From the NCBI GenBank assembly GCA_004764695.1, contig SMSO01000037.1, positions 3,076,747 to 3,140,746 of the forward strand: a stretch of DNA of 64,000 bases, in the 5' to 3' direction. Below the pieces are notes generated by a model. It was not told where the DNA came from and made no database searches. It saw nothing but the letters and a program-made list of their open reading frames with translations. Shown one piece after another: positions 24,241 through 34,496 of this stretch. The stretch's first letter is position 1. The number at the start of each line of letters is the position of its first letter. Made by a program: the position numbers and the translations under genes. The stretch comes from Schizochytrium sp. TIO01. Its lineage: Eukaryota > Protista > Bigyra: Labyrinthulomycetes.

Positions 24241-25054
24241 TTGAAATAAATGGGCCTCTGTGAGTTGAGTCACAGCACGTGTCCGAAGTCTGATTTCTTG
24301 CCCTCGAAATGCATAGACTTGAGACTTGAGAGATTGGCACGATCCCGGCGAGCGAGGGACTCTTCAGGACCACACTAATTGTACGCTGCTCATGCTGCAG
24401 CAGAGAAGCTGCCATCGCGAGACGTTCAAGCGTTGCACTGTTGTGCACTGCATTGTTGTGCATTATGTTGTTGTGCATTGCGGTAGTCTGCATTGCAATA
24501 TTCTGCATTGCAATATTCTGTATGTACACACGGCGAGTTCCACTTTCTTGAAATCTGGAGCTTCTGCATGAAAGCACGCGTGTTTTTAAAGAGCACTTAC
24601 ATCGTCTGTTGCTTAATTGGTTTATTCGGAGTGGTTCACTCATCCATTCGTTTGTCTTCAATCTAAGATGTGCAATTCATTCGTTCACTCATTCGCAAGG
24701 GGTAGTAGCATACGTAGTACTAATTAGTAGGTACCTACTGCATTTCAAGGCAAGATGGACGATGTTGATGGATGGGATTCGCTCCTAAAGATGGGCCTTA
24801 CTGTTGGCACTCAGGGCTGAAGTTGCATAATATCGAGCGACGGAATGCGCTGAGGCCGAAGGGACTTGAGGAGATGAGCTCAGGCTCGTGTCAAGCTCGA
24901 GCAGCTTCAAGCTCTGGGAAGACGAATAAGATGTGACAAACCAAGAGCTCAATTTTCCACACGTGCTCGCGATAACTAACAAACATTCAGACAAACAACT
25001 TTTTCTTTTCTTTTCTTTATTTAAAAACTGATTAAGAGAGGTTTTCTCTTTCAA

Positions 25055-25055
25055 A

Positions 25056-25139
<84 letters not shown>

Positions 25140-25140
25140 A
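25055..25140. repeat. (AAAG)n microsatellite
   Basis: Directly visible. Confidence 0.98.
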
Positions 25141-26593
25141 GGCTCATTCAGAAGGAGCAAAAGGGGCGAACCAATAATCTCTCAAGATGAACTTGGAAAC
25201 TGGCCACGAACTTACTTACAAACTCAATTTCACTGTCGTCGGCCAAAGAGCCAAAGCGCAAACCGCCACATACTCACTTGCTCTGAGTGGCGAGACGAAG
25301 ACAACTCAGGTTGTGCAGATCAGACTGAGATCCCATCGACCATTCGTCGATTCATTTCTTCGTCGCTCGTTCCAAACTCAATTTCATCTTCGGAAACAAC
25401 CTTTCCTGAACATTAATCGATCTTTCTCTCTCAGTCAGTCTCTCCTTCGCATCGCTGTGGATTAGGTGCGCTTAAGGGACTCCTACCGCCCGGGCCTCAC
25501 GCGAAAGGTCCAAAAACGCTTCTGAATTCCCCCTTTTTCTTTTTAATTTAAACTTTTGTTAAATTAAAGGAAGTCGTCCATAAGAAGCTCCAACTAAATT
25601 TTGAATTTCGAAATTCAATACTTTTGAATTTCAATACTTTTCAACTTCAATCATTTGAACTTGAAGAAAAGAAAAATGAAAAGAATTCAAACGAACCACA
25701 AAACTTAATTAAACAGGTCTGGAGCACCTCGAGATCCGAGCGAGCAAACCCCGAACTGGAATCAGCCAAGCAAGCCAGCCAGCAACTGAGCTCGCCATAC
25801 CTCCAAGGAAGCAGCGCACTCGAAGCTCGCGGCAGTCTCTCGTTGTCGTGGATTCCCTTCGCCTGCCTGTACGTACCTACCTTGAGCTTGTTGTTGTTGC
25901 GTTTGCTTGCACAATCTGCACATCGATTCATCGATCTCGGATTTCAAATCGGGCGCTCGCTAGGCGTATCAGTAGCAGTGCCAGTAAGGGCGCCAAGAGC
26001 AGCAAACCTCGAGGCTTCACTCGCTCGCTTGTTCAGCCGCCGCTAGCAGCGCACTCGTTAGTAGACAGGTCCAGCTGGCTGCAAAAGAGGCATCTCTCTC
26101 TGCTTGCAATCTCAAGCTTGGCATCTCGCGGGCTCTCTTTTGAGTAAGGGCTTCGACATCGACGCTCTCCATTATTGAAAAGCGCCAAAGCACAGATCCC
26201 CAGGACCACTTCCATCTGGGGGAGTAAGACTCAACTAAGGATTGGGTAAGAGAGGTTCTCCAAGTAGGAACCACGTGCCCCTCCCTGGTCTGCGGCACGC
26301 GCGCTCTTTGGCAAAACAAGCCCAACAGCAACAACAAAAAGAGGTACTGCTTCCGTTTGCAAACTGCAAGCTCCAGGAGCGACTGAGCGAAAGCAAACCC
26401 GAATTGGGTGCACGAGACAGAACTCTTTTCCTACTTCTACTTGTCTACTTCGAGTCGGTAGACGAGAGGGGAAAAGACTCGTACAAGCAAGTAACTGGAT
26501 CGTAAGGTCTGGCTGGCCTGGTTCTCTTCTTTTTGACTTGTATAATTGAATTCCTGCTTGCAACGGAATAGAATCTTAAGTAAGTAGGCCATC

Positions 26594-28862
26594 ATGATGA
26601 GCCCTGTCTTTGAAGATTTTGCCTTGGAGAAGTTCTCGGCAGCCTTTGAGGAAAAAGAGGATGCTCAGCATGAAGAGGATGCGGCAACCATTGTTGATGA
26701 CATTGAGGATGACGACCACCTCGAGGTCCTTCTTGAGGAAGTAGATCCCGCCTTCGAGTCAGAAGAAATCAGCAAGCCGGAAAATGATGCTCTTCGTCGC
26801 CTGCGTGAGGGCGTCGTTGGCGCTTTCTTCCCTGCTCAGACCCCTTTCGGAGAGAAACCTGTCGTTTACGCAGACTGGACTGCAAGTGGTCGCGGGTTTG
26901 CACCCCTTGAAGAATTCGTGAGCAACAAGGTCGTGCCTTTCTACGCCAACACTCACACTACATCCTCTCTTACAGGACTGCAAAGCACACTCTTCCGTGA
27001 GGAAGGTCGTCAGATTATCCAAGACGCAGTCAACGCCAAAAAAGACACTGACCTTGTCATCTTCACAGGTACTGGTGCCACTGGTGCAGTAAACAAGTTT
27101 GCCACTCTGCTGGGCCTTGAGTTTAACTCTAGTAGTGACGGCATCGAGGTTTCTCGCCCAGTCGTTTTTGTTGGCCCTTTCGAGCACCATAGTAACATCT
27201 TGCCCTGGCGCGAGTCCAACGCCGAGGTTGTCAATGTCCCTGAGCGTAAAGATGGACGTGGAGTTGATCAGAATGCTCTTGCGCAGCTTCTCAAGCTGTA
27301 CCAGGACCGCCCCTTGCTTATTGGGTCGTTCTCTGCAGGATCAAACGTTACTGGAATCCTTGAGGACGTCAATGGAGTCTCTGCTGTACTTCACCGTCAC
27401 GGAGCCCTCGCATGTTGGGACTACGCGGCTGCAGGCCCATATGCCCAGATTGACATGAACCCGGAACCTTCCCAAGGATGACCCCAACCATGGTCTGGCC
27501 TACAAGGATGCAGTCTTTCTCTCTGTCCACAAATTTGTTGGTGGTATCAGCACCCCTGGCGTACTCATCGTCAAGCAGAAGCTTTTGGCATGCGCAATGC
27601 CTGGAGCTGGCAGCATTGGAGGTGGAACTGTCTTTTTCGTGCGCGAGGATGGCCATCGCTACCTCTCGAACCTTGTCGAGCGTGAGGAAGGTGGTACTCC
27701 TGATGTTGTCGGTGCCATTCGAGCAGGACTCACTTTTCAACTTAAGCAAACTGTAGGATGCGATACCATTAAGAAACGGGATTGTGAACTTGGTGCGCTT
27801 GTCGCCGCCAAGCTTAGCTCACACCCAAAGATCATGCTGCTTGGCCCCGAGTGGCGTTATGAGGCGCGGCTTCCAATTGTAGCTTTTGTCATTCGCCACG
27901 GATCCCGCCTCTTGCACTACAACTTTGTGTCAGCTGTCATGAATGATGTTTTCGGTATCCAAACGCGTGGCGGCTGCATGTGTGCTGGCATCTATACTCG
28001 CCGTCTACTTGGCGTCTCGTACTCCTCACTGAACGCTATCGAGACTGAGATGGTTGATAACCGTGAGCTTGCTGAATTTATCAAGCCCGGCTTTACCCGT
28101 CTGAGCCTCTCATACTTCGCCACTGAAGACGAGGTCAACTACATTCTCGATGCCGTCCGTGCAGTCGCTGACCACGCCTGGAAGCTTCTGCCTTTGTACA
28201 GATATAACACACGCACTGGAGAGTGGAAGCACAAGACCCGCTTTGCCGAAAACCCCACCCGTCTCTGGTTGAGAGATTCTAACCTGCTAAGTGGTGATAA
28301 CAAAGACAAATTCGCCGGAGTCAACACCGAGAAATCTGCCTCCAATGTATACCCTAAGCCTGACTTTAGCAAGCTGCTGGAACAAAGCATTGCCCAAATT
28401 CATGCTGCTGCTGAAGAAGCAAAGGCAGAGCAACTTAGTGATCAGACCCAGATCTTTCAGGGCCCGTCTGCTCCCCTCCGCTGGTTTGTCATGCCTTCCG
28501 AGGTCCACAGCCAAGTATGCTCTGATTGCCCTGTAGCCACGGCACCTGAAATGCAAGGTCCTGTTAACCCTAGCAAATACTGGGTGAACGTTAACGATCT
28601 TCCTCGCCAATACAGTAGTCTTGACGATGTATCCGTAGAGTCTAAATCAACTTCTTCAGAAGACTCCTACCGTGGCCCGAAGCCACCAGCAGGGCTTCGC
28701 GTCGATACTTCAACCAACACCAACAATAAAAACAAGATCATTTCGAACTCCTCCAAAGCGCGCACTGGAACTTCCCCTAAGCGAATCATCTGGAACATCT
28801 TGCAGAAGCACGTGATTAGGTCTGAGTCGAGACTCGCGAGCCCGAAACAGAAGTCGCCATAG
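26594..28862 (+). CDS. Cysteine desulfurase-like class-V PLP enzyme, paralogue 3 (no TtcA domain), interrupted by a single +1 C at 27467-27468; ~755 aa when repaired
   Basis: ORFs 26594-27481 and 27585-28862 are colinear with the paralogues. Removing one C from GAA CCT TCC CAA GGA TGA gives MNPELPKDDPNHGLAYKDAVFLSVHKF, matching paralogue 2 MNPELPKNDPNYGLAYKD. 2269 nt minus 1 is divisible by 3. It has an acidic N-terminal extension like the 744 gene. Confidence 0.85.
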
Positions 28863-29950
28863 AATAGGTCTCTGTGAGTCTAAGATTTCTCTCCGCCTAA
28901 GCAAATTTGCTCGTCCATAGAATATCGTGTTCCTGTTATCCATGTCATCGTGTTGTGTTTTAATAAATCAAAATCAATCTAGCAATTATAATTGTTTCTT
29001 TTCACTATCAGTCTATCTTCATCGACATTTTGCAGCTTTTGGTTTTTCTTAAGTTTATAATTACTGTTGTTTTTCAAAGTGTAACGACTGTTAATAATAG
29101 ACACTGCCTAACTGGTGAGAGTAACAAGAGATGTATTTATAAATCTCAGCCCCAAGCTTTGAGCCTTTGTGCTGTATTTGCATTCCACCACACGATTTCC
29201 CAACAGAGTAAACTCTTAAATGAAGCAATCCTACTGAAATCAGATCATGATCAAACAAGAAAGAAGACAGATAAGGTTAAATTGCGAGAGGTATGCAAGC
29301 ACTACTCAGGCAAATGACAAGTGCCAAAGCCTCATCACAAATACCAGAATTAAGCATCATGTATTAGTTTGTTCGCACATTGATTTAACTTCAATCCACT
29401 TGGACAACTCAGAGAGGGAATATTTAATAAATAATCAAGAAAGAACATAGTTTGCGTTTTATTCATCCGAAAGGAGGGGAGCACATTCATGTGGCTAGAC
29501 TTGACTTGTATAGGGCTTCAATTGGCTTTTATTCGCGTGTATTAATAGCCAGCACTCACAAAGACGACTTATCGTATAATAGAATAATTCCGTCCAAAGA
29601 TGAGTATAAATCGACGGCTTGTGGTTCTGAAGTTCAGTACTTCTCTGGTGTAAGCTTTTCTGTTTCAGCAAAGTAAGATAATTTGGTAGTCAAACACTTC
29701 ACAGCTCCAAGAACATGATTTTACTATCTGCATTTACTCTTTTTCTTTGTGCATGCTTTTCTTTTTCTTCTTATTTGTTGTATTTAAATAATGCCCAAAT
29801 GTACTCTTCTTTAGAAGAGCCTATTCTTCTTGAATCAAGCTTGACGTAGGTACATTATAGTTTTCTTTGCTTCACGCGTTAATTTCGTAGAGCATGTAAT
29901 TTTTGGGACAAAGATCCGAATAATGGAAAAAAGAAAAATTAGAACAATTC

Positions 29951-32155
29951 TTAGGGAGGAGCAAGCGAGATTGAGATTGATTGAATTTTCACCGGAATGA
30001 GAGGCTTATCATGGGCATCGACCTTCACCTGCTCAATCTGTTTGACAGCCTCCATACCTCTCACAACACGGCCAAAAATAGTATGCTTTCCATCGAGCCA
30101 TGGCGTCTCCTTCGTTGTGATGAAGAATTGACTACCGTTGGTGTTTGGTCCTGCATTTGCCATAGATAGGGTAAATGGACGATCGTGACGAAGCCTTTTG
30201 GTATTGATCTCGTCTGAAAAGGTTCCACCCCAAATAGACTCGCCACCAGTCCCGTTGCCCTTGGGATCTCCACCTTGTATCATAAAGTCGCGAATAACAC
30301 GGTGAAATGTAAGGTTGTCATAGTATCCACGCTTAGCATGAGTTGAAAAGTTTTCGACTGTCAAAGGTGCATCATCCGGAAACAGTTCAATCACAACATC
30401 ACCCATTGAGGTGTGAAGAGTAGCAGCTCGAGGGAGAATCTGAGTAACAAGGTTTTGCTCACCTGCCATATTTTCTAGAACGTTCGCGTCTCCCGACAGG
30501 TTTGTGGGTTTCTCGTTGAATATATCGCGTCCTGAGCTTGAGTGAGTTGTGATCGCGTCGTCATCTCCTTCAGGCTCACGTCGAGTGAATAGATAAAATC
30601 GTTGCTTGTTGAACGCAGCACACACAATAACAGGTTCTACAGAAAGAACACGGCTTCTGTTTTGCAGAGCGGATTTGTCAGCACCATGCAAGGCATGTTG
30701 CATCTGATAATCACGTTCTGGAGAACCTTGATACAGTGCAAGCGCAGTGAAGCGCTCAGAGCTTTCGAGGCGCCCTAGAACTCGCGTTGTCACACCTGTC
30801 TCCACATTGATGATCTTAATACCCTCCAACGTTGGCAGAACAATGAAGAGGCCTGACTCATCAAAGACGGCAACAGAAGGCGGAGCTTCTTTTGCCCTCA
30901 CTTGATCAATGTACTTTTTCTCCATAGCAAGACGTCGACCCATATCGACAGGGTCAATGCCCTCCGCATCAGGGCTGGCCTTGGAAAATGCATCAGGTAA
31001 CACCAGCTTTAGCTTTCCTGAGGCAAACCGTATCACTGAAACCTCCCCATTTGCACAGCTCAAGACAAAATATTTTCCTTGTGGGTCTGCGTGAATACCA
31101 AGAGCGTAGGTCTTGCTTTTGCAAAGCTGAAATAAATCAGTTTCAATCTTTCGTGAAAATTTCACAGTTCCAGGGGCAATTGAAGATGATTTCTCAGGAA
31201 AACGAAATTCGGATACATCTCCAGATGATCCGTTCGTCCAATACTCAATCATCCCCTTTTCGTCTACGCTCACGACGCAGTGGCGCTCAGGAAAATAACA
31301 CATGCATGTTACGGGTGCAAAATGCTGTTTAATCTGAGCAAGTGGTTTCGCGCCTTCCGCAGCCTCGTTATCAAAGATTGAGATTTCGCCTGAATCCTTG
31401 TGACCAGCCGCGATCAATTGGCGGCTTGAGCCTGTCGTTTGAGGATGACTCCGAAGCCACACGGCAGGTCCAGGGACGAAATCAAGGGTGATGATGTTGA
31501 TCATGTCAAAACCCTCCACATCAAACACTTTTATATTCCTATCCAGACCAGCGCTACATAGTCTTTTTCCATCAGGGCTGGTACAAAGAGCTGTAAGTGG
31601 TGCCGCATGAGCTTGGTACGTCTTCACAAACTCAACCTTACCTGGCATGATCTTCCAGAATCGTACTTGGCCGTCTGCGCTACCAGTCATAATAAATGCG
31701 CATGACATTGAGACTGCAGTATGCGTGACCTGCGTTTTGTGCATGTAGCTTTTCTCGTATAGCTCTGCACAAGGAAGCCTATCTAAGTACAGCTTTTCTA
31801 GCGCTGGGTCTACGTTTTTGGCAACACGTCGTCGCTTTTTGCCTCGAAGAGAACCACCAGCATTCTTGTTATCAACATCAGCACTTCTACTGAGCTGCAC
31901 CTCTTCGATGTTATCTGAATTTCCAGCAGGCAACTGTGTTCCTTGCAACGATCGTTTCTCTCCCTGTTGCGAAGAGCTCTGCTTCTCCCCAGAATTGCTT
32001 TCTGCAGGCAGCTTTGGTTGCGGGCCCTCGTCCTCTCCATCTCCATCGTCTGCACTACCGTTCGATCCTACAGGAGGAGGTTTGGTGGGGGGTGGGAGCG
32101 GGAGGGGTCCTTCATCGTCATCACTGCTTTCAGGATCCTCGCGTTTGGCGCTCAT
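29951..32155 (-). CDS. PPWD1: Peptidyl-prolyl isomerase domain and WD40 repeat protein (PPWD1/CYP71-like cyclophilin), 734 aa
   Basis: LPCAELYEKSYMH followed by WD repeats (TGSADGQVRFWK, SAGLDRNIKVFD, GMIEYW), the linker RDIFNEKP, and a C-terminal cyclophilin domain (FHRVIRDFMIQGGDPKGNGTGGESIWG, SMANAGPNTNGSQFFIT, WLDGKHTIFGRV). Confidence 0.95.
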   Translation of the reverse strand: MSAKREDPESSDDDEGPLPLPPPTKPPPVGSNGSADDGDGEDEGPQPKLPAESNSGEKQSSSQQGEKRSLQGTQLPAGNSDNIEEVQLSRSADVDNKNAGGSLRGKKRRRVAKNVDPALEKLYLDRLPCAELYEKSYMHKTQVTHTAVSMSCAFIMTGSADGQVRFWKIMPGKVEFVKTYQAHAAPLTALCTSPDGKRLCSAGLDRNIKVFDVEGFDMINIITLDFVPGPAVWLRSHPQTTGSSRQLIAAGHKDSGEISIFDNEAAEGAKPLAQIKQHFAPVTCMCYFPERHCVVSVDEKGMIEYWTNGSSGDVSEFRFPEKSSSIAPGTVKFSRKIETDLFQLCKSKTYALGIHADPQGKYFVLSCANGEVSVIRFASGKLKLVLPDAFSKASPDAEGIDPVDMGRRLAMEKKYIDQVRAKEAPPSVAVFDESGLFIVLPTLEGIKIINVETGVTTRVLGRLESSERFTALALYQGSPERDYQMQHALHGADKSALQNRSRVLSVEPVIVCAAFNKQRFYLFTRREPEGDDDAITTHSSSGRDIFNEKPTNLSGDANVLENMAGEQNLVTQILPRAATLHTSMGDVVIELFPDDAPLTVENFSTHAKRGYYDNLTFHRVIRDFMIQGGDPKGNGTGGESIWGGTFSDEINTKRLRHDRPFTLSMANAGPNTNGSQFFITTKETPWLDGKHTIFGRVVRGMEAVKQIEQVKVDAHDKPLIPVKIQSISISLAPP

Positions 32156-32501
32156 GGCTGCCTCGCCAGAGTGCTGACTGACAATTTCTGTTCGAGCACT
32201 TTGGTTTTTGATTTTAATCAGTCGATTACCGCTCTTGCAAATTCGTTGGATTTTATTTTTCCAACGAAAATATCTCCAAAACCACTTGAAATTATCAAAT
32301 AGAAAATATTCCTTCCAGGAGTTGCTATCTTAGTGATCAAGATAAAGGAATTCGTCACGATGTATCTTTGCCCAAGACTAAAAAGAATTTGGCGGAGCAG
32401 AACTCGAACTTTATTTTTTGCAGTTTGCTTTCAACAGTTCATAAGGTTCTCACTGCGCGAAGAAGTCGAGGCGCTCTGGTTACTCCTGCTGCTGCTTGAA
32501 G

Positions 32502-33491
32502 ATGAGGGTTTTCGTGGCATCAATTCTCTGGAGCCTGGGTCTTCTGAGCATCGTCTGTTCGGCGGATGCCGTTAATGAGGGAGATTTTGACGCTTTTGAA
32601 TACGTACCATCGTGGAGGATTGTGAGCGAGGCACTCACGTCTGGCGAGTCTGATATTGAGGACCTTCATGATTCAATTGCACCTTTGATCAATGCTACTA
32701 AGAATGCATATTCCGGAGACCTTGCAGATCCGATTGGCCAGGGCTTTGCTTTGATTGCCAACCACACGCCTGCAGATGGAATGAATGCTCTGGCGTACCG
32801 TGGATCTGCTTCGCGTGTCATCGTGGCATATCGCGGCACGAGGTCAATTTCTGATGAGTGTGCTGATGTTCTGCTGTTTACCCCGAATGATCCTCTTCCT
32901 GATGAATGTGAGGCCTTTTCCAAGGACACGCTTGACTACGTTGCACGGGCTCACGAGTTTGCGGAGGAGGCGCTAGCTGCTGCAGGAGATGCGGAAGATG
33001 GCTTTGACGTGGTATTTACTGGACATAGCCTTGGTGCGTCCCTGGCTCAGCTCATGGCCCTTTCATTTCATGGAACTGCAAGCTCAAACTCCTCTAACAC
33101 CTATCGTGCTATTGCATTTGCTCCTGCTGGAATCAAAGAAATTGCTATGCGCGATGGCTTCCCTACCAAAGATGCTAAAAAGGTGGCCGTAGTTTTGGTG
33201 AACAAGTATGACCCAGTGTATACTTCTACTTTAAGAACTGAAGTCGGTTCTGTCTGCGAATTCGTCGGCACTCACAAACCCCTACTCTGCTATTGCTGTG
33301 TGTCTCCCATGGCAACTGAGAATGCCTCTGTGATGGCTCGCCGATTGCGACCGCTACGTGAAGGAATAAGTTTTTCCACAGGGATGAGTAAAATGAGTTT
33401 CTGCTGTAGAGTATGCATGCAAAAAGCTCATCGTTACCCTAATTACATTCGGTTTTTCGAACAAATGACCCAAGTCCCTGAATGCATATAA
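32502..33491 (+). CDS. Secreted class-3 (fungal/Atg15-like) lipase, ~329 aa
   Basis: First ATG at 32502 is followed by a hydrophobic signal-peptide-like stretch (MRVFVASILWSLGLLSIVCSA). Motifs: VIVAYRGT oxyanion region, nucleophile FTGHSLG, candidate Asp in NKYDPV and His in AHRYPNY. C-terminus is Cys-rich. Confidence 0.85.
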   Translation: MRVFVASILWSLGLLSIVCSADAVNEGDFDAFEYVPSWRIVSEALTSGESDIEDLHDSIAPLINATKNAYSGDLADPIGQGFALIANHTPADGMNALAYRGSASRVIVAYRGTRSISDECADVLLFTPNDPLPDECEAFSKDTLDYVARAHEFAEEALAAAGDAEDGFDVVFTGHSLGASLAQLMALSFHGTASSNSSNTYRAIAFAPAGIKEIAMRDGFPTKDAKKVAVVLVNKYDPVYTSTLRTEVGSVCEFVGTHKPLLCYCCVSPMATENASVMARRLRPLREGISFSTGMSKMSFCCRVCMQKAHRYPNYIRFFEQMTQVPECI

Positions 33492-34496
33492 AATATTATT
33501 TTTAAAAAATTGAAAGGATGTTACATTCATGCCGCAGTTGTACAGTACAAGCATTTAGATGCATTACGATCTTAGTCTTCTCAAAGCATCATTGATCGTT
33601 TATACTCCTTTGCATAGAAGGTAGGTCTCCCTGCTTGGTTTTAAAGTATAGATAGAGCGTCGTTCCTGTCTTTGCGGAAGATATTGGTTTCGTGTTGTGC
33701 TTGACCCAATTTTCAATTCAGGACAGGGATCAGAAATAAAACACGCTCTTTAGAGGAATGCATGGAGTCTTCACAAAGCAGGTATAAGAAAGTGCATTTC
33801 ATTTCTCAGAAGGAATAGAACAAGAAGGTACGAGCTTACACGAGAAGAAGCAAACACCAGTACAAGAGCTAGATAGCAGGACAGAGTGCATTGTAAATTG
33901 AAAGAATATAATAAAGGATCATCAGGATGTGTATACGTTACGTTATGATATTTATTGAAAAAGTGTTTTGGTGATCGTGAAAGGTACAAGAGCAAGAACA
34001 ATGGACCAAAGTCAATTGAATTTACAATCCGCCAAAGCTCGAAGTCTTCTTTGGGAACCTCGCACTATCATATTAGATGCCTCCTGTTTCCTAAAGAGAA
34101 TGCAACAGAAGACACAACATCAAGCTGCACAGGGCACCGCGATAGCTGGCTGCTACAATAACTGGGGTCGTAGAATGCTGATGTGATAAACAACCCCATT
34201 CTTTTCAACAGCCAGATATAGCAGCTACAATGCCACCGACATTATACCCGGAGTGTATGTTAGAAGATGAAGAATTCTTCATCTCTACTATTGTGATTGA
34301 TCTTTCCGATGTGAGAAAGATGTCACGATGTGATTCGAGTTTTGTTGTTTTAGTTCCCAGACCATCAGCCCGATTCGTAGAAAGATTCGACCAACCTGGA
34401 TGGGGATTTGAGAATCAAAAGCAGTGTGTAGAAAGAGAAGGACAAGAAGTTAGTAGATTTCTACGAAAGAAATCTGCCTATCAAGAAAGAATCGGC

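Noticed and set aside
27479-27481. TGA read as selenocysteine or readthrough in paralogues 2 and 3
   Set aside because: Homology continues in the +1 frame, not in frame past the TGA, so readthrough would not restore the protein.
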